Positions 11,127 through 22,485 of a stretch of 64,000 nucleotides of DNA are shown one piece after another. The stretch comes from Tetramitus jugosus. Its lineage: Eukaryota; Protista; Heterolobosea. The translations under genes and the position numbers were made by a program. The notes under the pieces are model-generated. The model was given only the letters and a program-made list of their open reading frames with translations. It ran no database searches and was not told the DNA's origin. Within the stretch, counting starts at the first letter, position 1. Each line of letters begins with the position of its first letter. The DNA lies in the NCBI GenBank assembly GCA_937625935.1, contig OW569377.1, positions 186,001 through 250,000 of the forward strand, written 5' to 3'.

Positions 11127-14035
11127 CTGTTAGCTCACTGAATTTTTTGACGGGATAACTTAGCGTGAAAAAACGAAAGCACATGACACAGAAGAAGCAA
11201 ACAAAACGCAAAGCAAACACTCCTAATAAGAATAAACCACCATCAACGTCTTCGAACACAACATCAAGGTCTTCAAACACTCCAACCAAGTCATCAAGAC
11301 AACGAAAGAAGAACAGGTACGTAACTATGATGAGTCAAAGCAAGGAGAGTACGTGCTGAGCATACGTCTTTTTGATGACTGCAGAAGCCCGGTGTGTGCG
11401 TCTGTTGTATTGTCTGTAGGCGTGAGTTAATGCTGTGAGTGCCCATTGTGTGCATTCATTGTACATTATCCATGATGCGACACATCTTTTGATGTGACAG
11501 TGCTGGAAATATATTGCAGCTGACTCCTTTGTTATTATCAGCTATACTGACTTTAACTACTAGAGAACGTACATCGAATGAAACAGCAGAAGATACTGCT
11601 GGTAGTGACGACATTCGTACTATTTTAGAAACAAACGGTGATGGTGCAGATGAATCTCAAATCACTGTTGATGTGAATGACACACTGCGAGAACGTGAAC
11701 AAGGAGTTGATGATTGTGTACCTCGTTCCTACTGTACAAGCAGATGTAAATCTTGCCAATCATGTCAGTGTGTACTGGCTAAGCACATTTGCGTTCATGA
11801 AGGAGATGATGATAAGATATGCAAGTGCGATCCAGAGATCTGCAAGAACAAGACTGAAAAAGAAAGTGATGCCATTATTCTGAAAAGAAATTTATATCGG
11901 TTGATACAACCTTTGATAGTACTGATTGTGGTCCAGATCGTGATACATTCTCAGACAAGGATACTCCTTTTCAGATATTCATGAAACTTCTTGGCTCTGA
12001 ACTCAAGAATCATGTAATTGAGCAGACTCGTCTCTATTTTAATTACAATCAAACCTTTGCTAACGAGCAGAAAGCATTGAAAAAGTATTATGTAGACTTG
12101 AAGAAGTGGAACTTGCTGCAAAGAGCAGCTAAGAGCAATGCTAATGTATCTACAATATCATCAGATAACGCAAAGGGGAAAAAGAAACGTCATTCAAAGA
12201 AGGATACATCATCTGAAGATACCTACAATGTGTCCAAAGCAAAGAAGAGATTTGCTAATCCTACATTGACTCATATAACCAAATTTGTTGGTACTGATCA
12301 ACAAGCAGCCACTGTGCCTCAAGCAACGATTGACAATTCCCAATCTTCGGTGCCAAGTGGTGAAAGTAATTCACAAAATAATAACGACAGTCAGAACGCT
12401 CGCCAAACTACTTTATCTGGCCAACCAAAGCCCGTCAAACCAGTTATTCCTAATTTCCACGACTGGAAGCAGAGTAAAACACCAGAAGGAAAAGGCCCAT
12501 TTCGTGGGGATGCCTTTGACAGATACATACAAGTATTATGTGCGATGGGAATGAATGTTGTTCAAGGAGGGTACTACACCTACTGGAGCAAAGATAAACT
12601 GTTCAATAACTTGGTCATTTCTAAGATTATGTCAAGAGATGAATTTGTGAAATGTACGAAGTACATGATGTACGATGAAGAATGGTTTGAAGATAAATTG
12701 AATGAACGCTGGACTGCACTGTTCATACCCTCGCAACGAATTTCAATCGACGAAACACTGATCAGACTCCTACAGTCTTTCTCGTTTCAACAGTTTAATC
12801 CAAGTAAACCAGCGAAACGAGGTTTGAAGTATCTTGCAATGGCATGCGCAGCAACAGGGTATTTACTTAGATCAAAGCTGTACAAAGGCAGCAAAAGTGG
12901 CTTTCCAACAACACCCCAAGGCATTGTAATTAGTTTTATTGATTGGTTAGCTGCACGCAGCAACAAGAAGTACATTTATGCATTTGATAATTGGTTTACA
13001 ACTTACGACCTTGCTTTGGAATTAGCCGAGAAGAAGATCCCTTTTGTTGGGACAGTGCGAGCCAACAGACCTTCGTGGTTGTGGTCTGGATTGAAGAAGT
13101 ATATTCATACTCACGGAGATTGGACGTTCACTGTAAGTGAGGATGGGAGTCATGTGGCTTTGTCGCATTGGCACAACTCTACGAAGCCTGTTAATTTCTT
13201 GACGAATCTTGGAAGTAAGGATGTGCAAATGGGATCCAATGAAAATAAGACAGCTTTGCCAAAAGTGTCATATGAATATAAGATTGGGATGAGTGGAGTG
13301 GATCAAAATGACAAGATTGTGAGTAATGCACAGTTCTTCCCGTATAAAACGTATGGGTATTTGAAGAGAAACTTTTTCACTAAAATGGCTCAGAATCTGG
13401 CAAATGCTAAAATCATTTACAACTTACTCCACCCAAAGACTAAGGACAGTAGCTCTGTAGAAACAGGCTTTCACAAATTCAAGAAGGAATTTGTGTACGA
13501 AAACTTCAGCGCGGAGCGTATGTCAGGACACTTTTGCAACTCCCATTTGCACTTTTCTTCCAAGATCCAAACAACAACAAAGAGTGTGCCAGTATTCGGC
13601 AAAGATGGGTCTATTATTGGGCAAGAATGTAGAACAGTTCGTGTGAGAACCTCATATCAATGGTTCAAACATGAATGGAGTTATTTTGATCCAACGCCAA
13701 TGTGTCAACATTGCTTGGATAACAGTGTGAGGAGCAGAACATCATATACATGCAAGGCATGCGGTGTTGCTCTTCATCCTGGTTGCATGCTTGAGTACCA
13801 CTACCGGAAACATTTGTTTGCTGGATCGTAAATTTTCATCGGTTGCATCCATCTGTCAAAAATTTCGTTGAACCTCCAACCTAACAACCAATGGTGCATT
13901 TCACTGCGATGCGTTCGGCATACATGCCGGATGACCAACATATATGACATATGACCCCATATGACCAACAAATCAGACATTAGATTATCATTTCTAGAAA
14001 CATTAGCAACACATTTATTGTTCGTGACTTAACGG
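11127..14035 (+). mobile_element. piggyBac-like DNA transposon (~2.9 kb) flanked by TTAA
   Basis: TTAA at 11123-11126 and 14036-14039. Imperfect TIRs: CTGTTAGCTCACTGAA (left) versus CCGTTAAGTCACGAA (reverse complement of right end). Encloses a piggyBac transposase. Confidence 0.78.
11183..13831 (+). CDS. piggyBac transposase: exon 1 11183-11316, intron 11317-11563, exon 2 with a -1 frame break near 11870-11900 into the catalytic ORF ending at 13831
   Basis: DDD motifs ISIDE, FDNWFT and GVDQND; PSKPAKRGLK; GTVRANR; C-terminal Cys-rich domain CQHC..CKAC..LHPGC..YH. The typical TPFQIFMKLL..VIEQTRLY segment begins in frame before ATG 11981. The GTACGT..CTAG intron splices in frame (AG|A = Arg). 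Confidence 0.85.
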
Positions 14036-14507
14036 TTAATCGAAGTCGGTTAATCGAAGTTCATCAATTTATCTTGAAGATACTCTTTAGAAATTCTTTG
14101 ATGAGTGCTTTCATCAATGACTCACCATATTCGCTGATCCACCTGCCAAAGAGATTCAGGGGCCCTTGGGTTTGTTTGGCCTTTGGCTCTGTTGCTGTTC
14201 TGGAAGAGAAGGTAAATCTACCGGTTCACGAAACACTTCAGTCGTCCATCCTGACACTATGTAGTACTTGGAGATCGGTTTTGTAAAGGGAAGAAGAATT
14301 TTCTGGGCTCCATGCGAGTAAAAGTTCGGCGCCGAACATCCAACCATCTTGATGTTCAGCTCTAAAAGCTTGATTGTACCTTCTCCCAAACATTGTATGA
14401 ATTCATTACGTTGATTCATGAAGGAGTTCATGTTCGCGATAATTCCTTATCAGGGATATCGATACGATGTGAGGATAGAATTTGACGTCAAATGTAATTT
14501 ATTGCCA

Positions 14508-17500
14508 TCAGATGTCGACCTCGTCAGGATTGTATGTTGACTGTCTCAATCTTTCAATGTCACTGCTAGTAATAGCTCCACCTTGCTCTTCTCTCCTTCT
14601 CTTCATTTTCTGTCTCTGGAGCTCTTCATCTTGTTTCTCTCTTTCTTGTTGTGCAGCTACCATGCCACTTGTCATGATGTTTACACCTTGAGAGCTATGG
14701 GCTTCTACACTGCGCTTAATACGCAACATTTCTTTAAATGTGTCAATATTACCATGATTCTTCTCAAACTGCGTCCACACTTGCCAAAATTCCTTGTCCG
14801 ATCGAGGATCGCAGTACTTGGAGCAGTGAGCAAGGATGGATCGCGCTCGATCAATCTCCCCCAACTTTCTCTCCAGTTCTGCATACTTGAGGCACAGGTC
14901 TCTGACTGGTCGAGTGCTTGTCGATTGAGCAAACATGTCCAAATGACCAATTGCTTGCTCATAAATGTTTCGGGCCCGAGAGAGACCATAGTATTGAGCA
15001 GCCTTGAAAATGTACAGCATGTACATGTCATAGACATCTTGTGCCGCAGTCGGTGATGATTGATTCTTGTTGGATATTAGGGCTTGAGTGGCTCTCTCGT
15101 ACACACCCATCGCATGTCTCAACAGTCCATACTCCTCCTCCATTTGAGCATACAGAATGTACAAAGGCTTGGCATAATCCACTGGTGCCTGACTCAGAGA
15201 CTGTTCGAACAAGTCTCTTATTCGCTCCAATTTTCGATTGTTACTATTCAATAATAAACTGGTGGTGGCACTAGTGCTGCTATGCTTTTGATTACTCAAC
15301 AAGAATCGCTGCATGAATCGATTGAGATATTGGACCCAAATGTGATGAACCTGTGGATACTTGTTCTGGAAGAGTTGAATACCCTTCTCATATGCCTGGA
15401 AAGTCATTTCATAGTACTGGTTCTGCCACAGGAAATTGGCATAGTTGAGAATGGTGATTGGTGTGGCAATCTTGAGTTGAATCATTCGATCATAAATCTC
15501 AATCACTTGATTCATGGCATACTGTTCTTCCATTTGACTGTCATTTGTTCCAACAACAGTCTTCTCATTCTTTTGCTTGTCCTTGTGCAGTTGTTGTTGC
15601 TGCTTCTCCTTGCTTGATTTTCTCTTTTCAAATTGAAACAATGATTCCTGAATGTCCAAATACAAGTTCCACAGCTTCACATGTCTTCTCAACCACCTGT
15701 TTCCTGTCGTGTTGTTGTTGCTGTTCGTGGTGGTGGTCGAGTTGAATAGCACTCTCTGTATCAGTTCATATGCACCTTGTACATTGTTAATGCGCAACTC
15801 CATCTCAATGTACTCGCACCACAATTGTGCCATATCATCTGTGGAATAGAATTGAGCGTTGGACTCGATTGCTTTTTCAAAAATGGTGCGACATGATTCC
15901 AAGTCCTTGAATCGATACAGATAATATCGGGCAAAGCTCGTATACAGTGTAAAAGGTCGTCCACCCACAGCTTTTGATGCATCCACACTCTCAATTGCCG
16001 CTGTAAACGTATCGACAATGGTTTGATCATTCACTGGAATCAAATACAATTGTTGTTGTTGTTGTTGACCATCGACAGTAGCATCCAAAGGAGAGGATTC
16101 ACTTGTCCTCGTCTTCTTTTGATGTTGTTGTGCAGTGTCATCATTATCATTAGATTCCACATGCTCTTCATTTTGCTCATCATTTTCTTCATCATCGAGT
16201 GTCTTCTTGTCAACATGAGCAGCAGTGACTTCTTGTTGCTCCTGTTGACTGTGCAGATACTTGATGTACAGTTGAATACGTTTGTGCCAATTGGATACGT
16301 GATGCGGGTTCTGCCTCAATAGAACAGCATTGCTCAAGAAGGGTCTCCTCTGCATCAAATACTCATACTTTGCAATATACATTTCCAATTGAACCGATAA
16401 GAGTTGATGATCCATTTGATGTTCACTCTTGTTGTTGTTGTTGTCACCACTGTCATCATTTTCATTATCATCTTCATTATCATCTTCATTATCATGATCC
16501 TTCCTATTCAATGATTGCATACAATGACTCATCAATTCATCCAACAGACTAGAATATTGATCAAATAGTTGATTGTAGTCCTTGATTGTTGATACATGAT
16601 TGTTCATGACATTTTCCAACACATTGAACGCACTCTCAAATCTACCATTGTTTATATAGCAATGTACCCATGTACTGTACAATTCAATGTGTAGACTGGG
16701 ATGTTGTTGAATACCGTGTTGAATCACTTGTTCAATATTGAATTCATTCTTATGAGTGCTGTCGTCAAGTAATGACAAGTGAGGTATAATTTGAATCATG
16801 TGATTCATCCATTCACTTTCATTCCACTGTTGTTGTTGTTTGTTCTTTGGTTGTTGTTGTTGTTGTTGTTGTTGTCTTCTCATGTTCAACAACAAGAAAT
16901 CAAATGCATCTTGATAAAATTGATGATTCAACAAGAAGTGTAAATATTGTTTGGAATAGTTGTTGTTGAAGTGCAGATATCGATGATAGAGAGATTGGAT
17001 GGTTGATTTGTATCGATGAACAAAATCATGATGATTACTTGATTGTTGTTGTATTTGTTTAGAGAGATAGTTGAATAGACATGTCCATATGCGTTCATGT
17101 TGACTGACTGGTAGTGATAAGAGACATTGATTGAACAGTTGAATCACAATTGATTTCAATTCAAATCTCTTCATCATGTACTGCAAGTAATCAATCCATA
17201 TGCGTGGATATTGATACATGTATTCCAATGATTTGTTGAACAAGTGTGGTATCATCATCGTCATTATTGTTGTTGTTGTTGTTGTTGATTTCTTACCATC
17301 ATTATTGTTGTTGTTGTTATCATTGTTGTTATTGATGTGTTGTTGTATCCAATACTGTTCATGAGACAATTTCAATTGAATGTAGTGATACCATAATTTG
17401 TAACTGAATGGCAAATGAGAGAGTGCTCTCTCATACAACACATACACACTATTCAACATGTGTATTGTATTATTGTTATGAGTAGGATTAGTAGTATTCG

Positions 17501-17744
17501 TAATTGTTGTTGTTGTTGTTGTTGTGAGATCTACTTGAGAGAGAATGGTGTTTTGCTTGTGTTGAATATAGTTCCACCAGTGTCTCAATTCATACTTGTT
17601 ATGATACACTGCATCTTCATACTCAATATCTTGATCATCTTGTATCAAGTACTTGGCAATGTCACTGTATGATGGTGGTGATGATGATTGGATCACTGTA
17701 TGTTGTTGTTGTTGTTGTTGTTGATCTGTTCGAGCTTGAGACAT
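14508..17744 (-). CDS. SYF1: Pre-mRNA splicing factor SYF1/XAB2 (HAT repeats) with low-complexity insertions
   Basis: YERAL..LPFSYKLW, VLLRQNPHHV..WHKR, KLERIRDLFEQ, ELERKLGEIDRAR and HGNIDTFKEMLRIKRSV. Likely start MSQART at 17744. Confidence 0.93.
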   Translation of the reverse strand: MSQARTDQQQQQQQHTVIQSSSPPSYSDIAKYLIQDDQDIEYEDAVYHNKYELRHWWNYIQHKQNTILSQVDLTTTTTTTITNTTNPTHNNNTIHMLNSVYVLYERALSHLPFSYKLWYHYIQLKLSHEQYWIQQHINNNNDNNNNNNDGKKSTTTTTTIMTMMIPHLFNKSLEYMYQYPRIWIDYLQYMMKRFELKSIVIQLFNQCLLSLPVSQHERIWTCLFNYLSKQIQQQSSNHHDFVHRYKSTIQSLYHRYLHFNNNYSKQYLHFLLNHQFYQDAFDFLLLNMRRQQQQQQQQPKNKQQQQWNESEWMNHMIQIIPHLSLLDDSTHKNEFNIEQVIQHGIQQHPSLHIELYSTWVHCYINNGRFESAFNVLENVMNNHVSTIKDYNQLFDQYSSLLDELMSHCMQSLNRKDHDNEDDNEDDNENDDSGDNNNNKSEHQMDHQLLSVQLEMYIAKYEYLMQRRPFLSNAVLLRQNPHHVSNWHKRIQLYIKYLHSQQEQQEVTAAHVDKKTLDDEENDEQNEEHVESNDNDDTAQQHQKKTRTSESSPLDATVDGQQQQQQLYLIPVNDQTIVDTFTAAIESVDASKAVGGRPFTLYTSFARYYLYRFKDLESCRTIFEKAIESNAQFYSTDDMAQLWCEYIEMELRINNVQGAYELIQRVLFNSTTTTNSNNNTTGNRWLRRHVKLWNLYLDIQESLFQFEKRKSSKEKQQQQLHKDKQKNEKTVVGTNDSQMEEQYAMNQVIEIYDRMIQLKIATPITILNYANFLWQNQYYEMTFQAYEKGIQLFQNKYPQVHHIWVQYLNRFMQRFLLSNQKHSSTSATTSLLLNSNNRKLERIRDLFEQSLSQAPVDYAKPLYILYAQMEEEYGLLRHAMGVYERATQALISNKNQSSPTAAQDVYDMYMLYIFKAAQYYGLSRARNIYEQAIGHLDMFAQSTSTRPVRDLCLKYAELERKLGEIDRARSILAHCSKYCDPRSDKEFWQVWTQFEKNHGNIDTFKEMLRIKRSVEAHSSQGVNIMTSGMVAAQQEREKQDEELQRQKMKRRREEQGGAITSSDIERLRQSTYNPDEVDI

Positions 17745-17951
17745 TTTTTTTCTCTCTCTGGGTTGTTTGTATTTTTGGTCTTGAGCACGTTTCACACAAA
17801 CGAATGAACTTTTGTCGGCGATAGGGGAAATCTGTCGCTTGTTGTTTGTCTCGAACGGAAAATAAAGGAAACACAAAGTCTCACACAACGAACAGCGAAC
17901 AAACAACATCCCCCAATCTCATCTCCATATACACTCCCGTATCATCAATCA

Positions 17952-18007
17952 TCATCAATAATCATTCATCAATAATCATTCATCAATAATCATTCATCAA
18001 TAATCAT
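17952..18007. repeat. 4 perfect copies of the 14-bp unit TCATCAATAATCAT in the divergent SYF1/EFR3 intergenic region
   Basis: Read directly from the sequence. Confidence 0.9.
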
Positions 18008-18018
18008 AGTATAATACA

Positions 18019-21000
18019 ATGGGTAATGTGTGTAGTGAGAGAAGGCAATACAAGGTCATCATTGCCAGTGTCTATCCAAAAGATGAATCCGATGATAAAC
18101 CAAATCAAGATGCCATTCGAAAATTGACAATGTACTGCCTCAATAACTCTGATTTGTTGCCAACAATTGGTAATCGTATTGAGAAATTGATTCGAAATGA
18201 TTTATTGAGAAAAAAATACAGGTATGAATGAATATATTGTACAATACACAACTCTATGAGACATGTCATTGATGATGATACCTTTTTTTGTGTCCTTCTG
18301 ATCCCTACAATAACAATAACAACAACAAACAAACAAACAATATATTGACATCCTCATCATCATTTACCATCTAAATCTATAGTAAAGTCCTAGTGGGATG
18401 CAGAGCACTTGAATCCATTATTGTGACATGTCATGATGACTTGAGTTATTTTATTATTAATATTGAATCAATTGTTCACTTGTTGATTGAACATTCTGAT
18501 GTTAGACTCAAGATTCAAGCCACTGAAATTGTACTGTTTCATATTTTTTCAATGATTTGTTTGTTTATTGATTTGTATGAGATCATGACTCACACATAAT
18601 AATAATAATAATAATATCATATACATATACATACATATATATATAGTTGAACAAGGCGTTGGAACATGTGAGTGCTTCTCAATTCAGAAGAATAGATGCA
18701 TTTGTAAAGAGATTGATTGAAATGTCAACCACCACCACTACTACTACCACTACCACTACCAACAGCAACAACAATCAACAAAAACAACAAAAACTGCAAC
18801 AACAACAATTAAAGGTAAAGATTGCATCCATGAGAACACTATCTAAAATGACTAGTTCACTGGATGCGAGTGTCTTGTTTGAGAGACATCATGAAATTCT
18901 TCCACCTGTTCTATCCAATCTCAAGGATGCCATTACATCAGCATCAGCATCCACTACTCCAACTATCAACAATAATACTACTACTAGTAGTAGTAGTAGT
19001 AGTGTAGTTGCTGTTCCACAGTCTCTATTGGACTCTATTAATCGTGATGATTATCATGAGAATGGACTGTCAATGGAATTGAAAAAAAAGAATCGATCCA
19101 TCAATGATGTTGACTTGTTGATCACCAATGAACACTATCTTCAATGTTCTATCGATTGTTTGTCCAGTATTGCTAGAACTGCCAATCTGTCCAATGCTCG
19201 CAATCTCATGAAACCCATTATTGATTATTTGGACAGAGATCAGAATTGGCAATTGGAAGGCTATGCACAGTGTATCATGAGAACACTGGTGTCGAATGGA
19301 TGGTCAGCCGATGGATATTACTTGGTCAACTTTTTGATTCAACACGTGGATTCAATCACTGACAATCAGCCACAAGTACAAGTACAACCACAACAGAATG
19401 ATATTGTGAGTACGAATAATAATAATAATAATAACAACTTGAATAACAACAATGTGAATAATGACAGTAACAACAACAACAACAAGAATGTGAAACAAAT
19501 ATTTATGATTATGAACTATATTATTCAAATACAGAGTAAGAAGGGTGCTGTCGGTCCAACTGCTCTCACAACAGTTACTCTATTGATTCGATTGTTGATG
19601 AAGTTGTCATCTCAACAACAACAACAACAGTCATCTCCATCATCATCATCATCCACATCATCTGAACAATTGCAATACATTTCTGAAACGATTGAAACTA
19701 TTGCAAAGCGTGGTCAATTCACATCACAAAACATTAATATCATGAGTGCCATTCTATCCAATATCAAGTCATGTAGAACAGAGAGAGAAATTACAGTCTT
19801 GTTACACGTGGTTCTGCGTGTTGCTGCTCATGCATCCTCCACGGTCTCCCAGGGTAAATTCTATCCTGAGAGTCTACTCAAGACCATTGTTGATGAATTG
19901 ATGAACATTCACAACAATAATCTACAACAAGCACAACAACAGCAGCAACAGCAGTCATCCTCAGCAGTTGCAGTCAATGCATTCAATAGAGGATTGTTGC
20001 TCGAGTTGATTCAAGCGTTGATTCAGAATGCTGCTCTATCCAATCACAAGGCCAGTAGCAGCATAACTGATCAACAAGTGAGTACATTGGTCGATGGTGA
20101 ACAATACATTAATGTGAGTCAATCAACCATCGTAACCACTACAACAACAACAAATGTTGTGCAAACAGCAAGCAGCAGTACTACTACGACAGCTGCTGCC
20201 ACTACTGCCGTTGTGGATCTGTCAGAAGACGCACAACAAACAACAACAACTGTGAATGCTGCTGTCATATCATTGAACACTCCACCTGATGTTCAATCAA
20301 CACTTGCTATTCTCAGCAAGAAGCAAAGAGATGATATTCATTCTGTCTTGTTTAGAATTCTGTTGTCCATCTCTTCACTGTCGACTGAGACTGGTGTGTT
20401 GATTCAAGTGTTGAAAACATTGAACTGTATGCTCAAGCAGTACAGAAACAAGGATTTGGAGGGATCAATTCCATTGATCTTCCGTGTTCAAGAGTTGTTG
20501 CACGCTCAAATCGTATCGTCATCCAACTCTATGGCCAACTCTTCATCCAATGCTTCTCTTGATACGGTTCACACACCAACTACTACCTCTCCTACAACAG
20601 ATTTGACAGCTGTGGTTGATGACGCATCAAGCATCAGCAACAATCAGTTGGCAAACAAGACGGATGCTCAACCTGCGACAACCTCCATCACTACAACTTT
20701 GAGCAATGAAGAATGGAAAAAGATTGTGGCTGTTCACTCTGTGATTGCTCTCTTCTTGATGTCCCTTGCAAGACTCTACTCGAACAAGGACGTGGAGAAG
20801 TATGTTGTCTCTGTGATTGAACAGAGAATTGAACAAGGACAGATTCATCCAAACATTTTGACTCAAATCGATGATATCTTGGCTCAAATGAACACATACA
20901 ACTATCACCATTCGTTGCTTGCTCAAGGTTTGGACAATTTGTTGACAATGGTGCTCTCATTCGAAGGCAACAAGAACAACGCGTCCATTGTTTTGTTCAA

Positions 21001-21658
21001 TTCTCAGACTATCATTGATATCTTGTGCAAGGTGGAAGCCATTAAGCAGTCCTATGACAATGCAAGAGAGAGATTGGGCACCGTGTTCGCAGCCACTCAC
21101 TCGGATGCAAGACTTGGTGGTGGCAGCACTGTCAGTACCAAACTGTCTCACAGCCGAAATCAATCAAGTAAGGAAGAGGATTTGGATGCTCATTGGGACA
21201 TGATTGATGATGAGAGAGACAGTGTCAGATACACTTCTTCAGTGGCTGATCTGAACGAGCCAAACACTGACACGGAACTTTTGGTGCTTGATGAACAATC
21301 GAATGAAGCATCCATGCTCGCCATCAATTTTATCGAGCTCGGAGGAAATAGTATGGCAAAGGCTCAGGAATCACAAAAGGCAGTGCACGATCTATTGAAC
21401 TCGCTCCGCTCTCCAAAGACAAATCTCCAGCTCTCATCGAATCAAATGGACGAAGAAGACAATGACAGTACTGACACTGATGAATACAATGGTCCATCTG
21501 AAACTGATCGTATGGACACGTCCATCAACAGTGCCACCGTAGACGTATTCCATAATCATCATAGCAAGACATTGAAAGCGGGAAGAAATGGTGTAACAGA
21601 CGCTGTACCACAATTTTATCTATTCGATTCACCAGAGTTTTTAACACCTGCTAATTAA
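18019..21658 (+). CDS. EFR3: EFR3-family protein (PI4-kinase membrane anchor, ARM-like); introns 18222-18382 and 18531-18646
   Basis: N-terminus MGNVC..YKVIIASVYP..KLTMYC..IG..IEK matches the EFR3 pattern. Canonical introns join three ORFs in frame. Confidence 0.8.
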
Positions 21659-21888
21659 TGACTGTAAACTACTACAACACCTTATCCACAAGTATTGCCT
21701 TTTTCAAATCATTGTTCCTTCCATTCTTTTTGTAGTCGGACGATCGTTTGCTGAAGAATCAGTTACGAAAGAACTTTGGCGCCCGAACCCAACTACGTGC
21801 TTCCTCCAATTGGTCAGATCGAAAAACTCTTTATTTGCTCGTTGCCATCGAAACAACAACGAACTAACAACCACAATTTCAATCTACC

Positions 21889-22323
21889 ATGTCTCAAAGA
21901 ACCCACACTGGAGGTCTTTATTGCTCTGAAGGCTCCACTCATGTAAATAGGCCTAGTGTCCGAGTTAGACATCCTCCTGGAGGTTCTTCCGGCTTTAATT
22001 TCTTTACTGGAGAATCCAATGCCTCTGCTGGTCCATCTCAAGCTTCATCTTCCTCCAACCTCAATGATCAGAGACAAGAAAGAGACTGTGGTGATAGTGT
22101 GAATGTCAAACCATATGCTTCGCCAGCCAAGGAAAACAATCCACCAGTTCATTTGGAATCCAAAGTAGAAGAAACTCAAGCTCCGAGCAACTCTCGCGTT
22201 AACGATGCCACCAGAGATCAAGGTGCAATTTTCTGTAGCGAAGGAAATCAAATAAGAAACAAACCGAGTGTTAGAGTGAGGAATCCACCGGGTGGAGGAT
22301 CCAGTGGTTGGGGTTTCAGTTAA
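21889..22323 (+). CDS. Small SPIRAL1/Jupiter-like microtubule-associated protein with two PPGG repeats
   Basis: Terminal repeats CSEG..RPSVRVRHPPGGSSGF and CSEG..KPSVRVRNPPGGGSSGW. Confidence 0.7.
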   Translation: MSQRTHTGGLYCSEGSTHVNRPSVRVRHPPGGSSGFNFFTGESNASAGPSQASSSSNLNDQRQERDCGDSVNVKPYASPAKENNPPVHLESKVEETQAPSNSRVNDATRDQGAIFCSEGNQIRNKPSVRVRNPPGGGSSGWGFS

Positions 22324-22485
22324 ATGAGATAAGATTGGGTTGATAGGATCAAGTCAATCTCTCAGAACTATTAAACAACTTTATCAATTGTACCTTACTA
22401 TTGGAAGCTCTAGTTTGTTCGACATGTGTACCCTCATATTTTCAGGAATTCAAAGCTCCGGGAAATCAAAACACAAATAGAGACA

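Noticed and set aside
17952-18007. Tandem repeat considered as a CRISPR-like array
   Set aside because: No spacers, eukaryotic context; it is a simple minisatellite.
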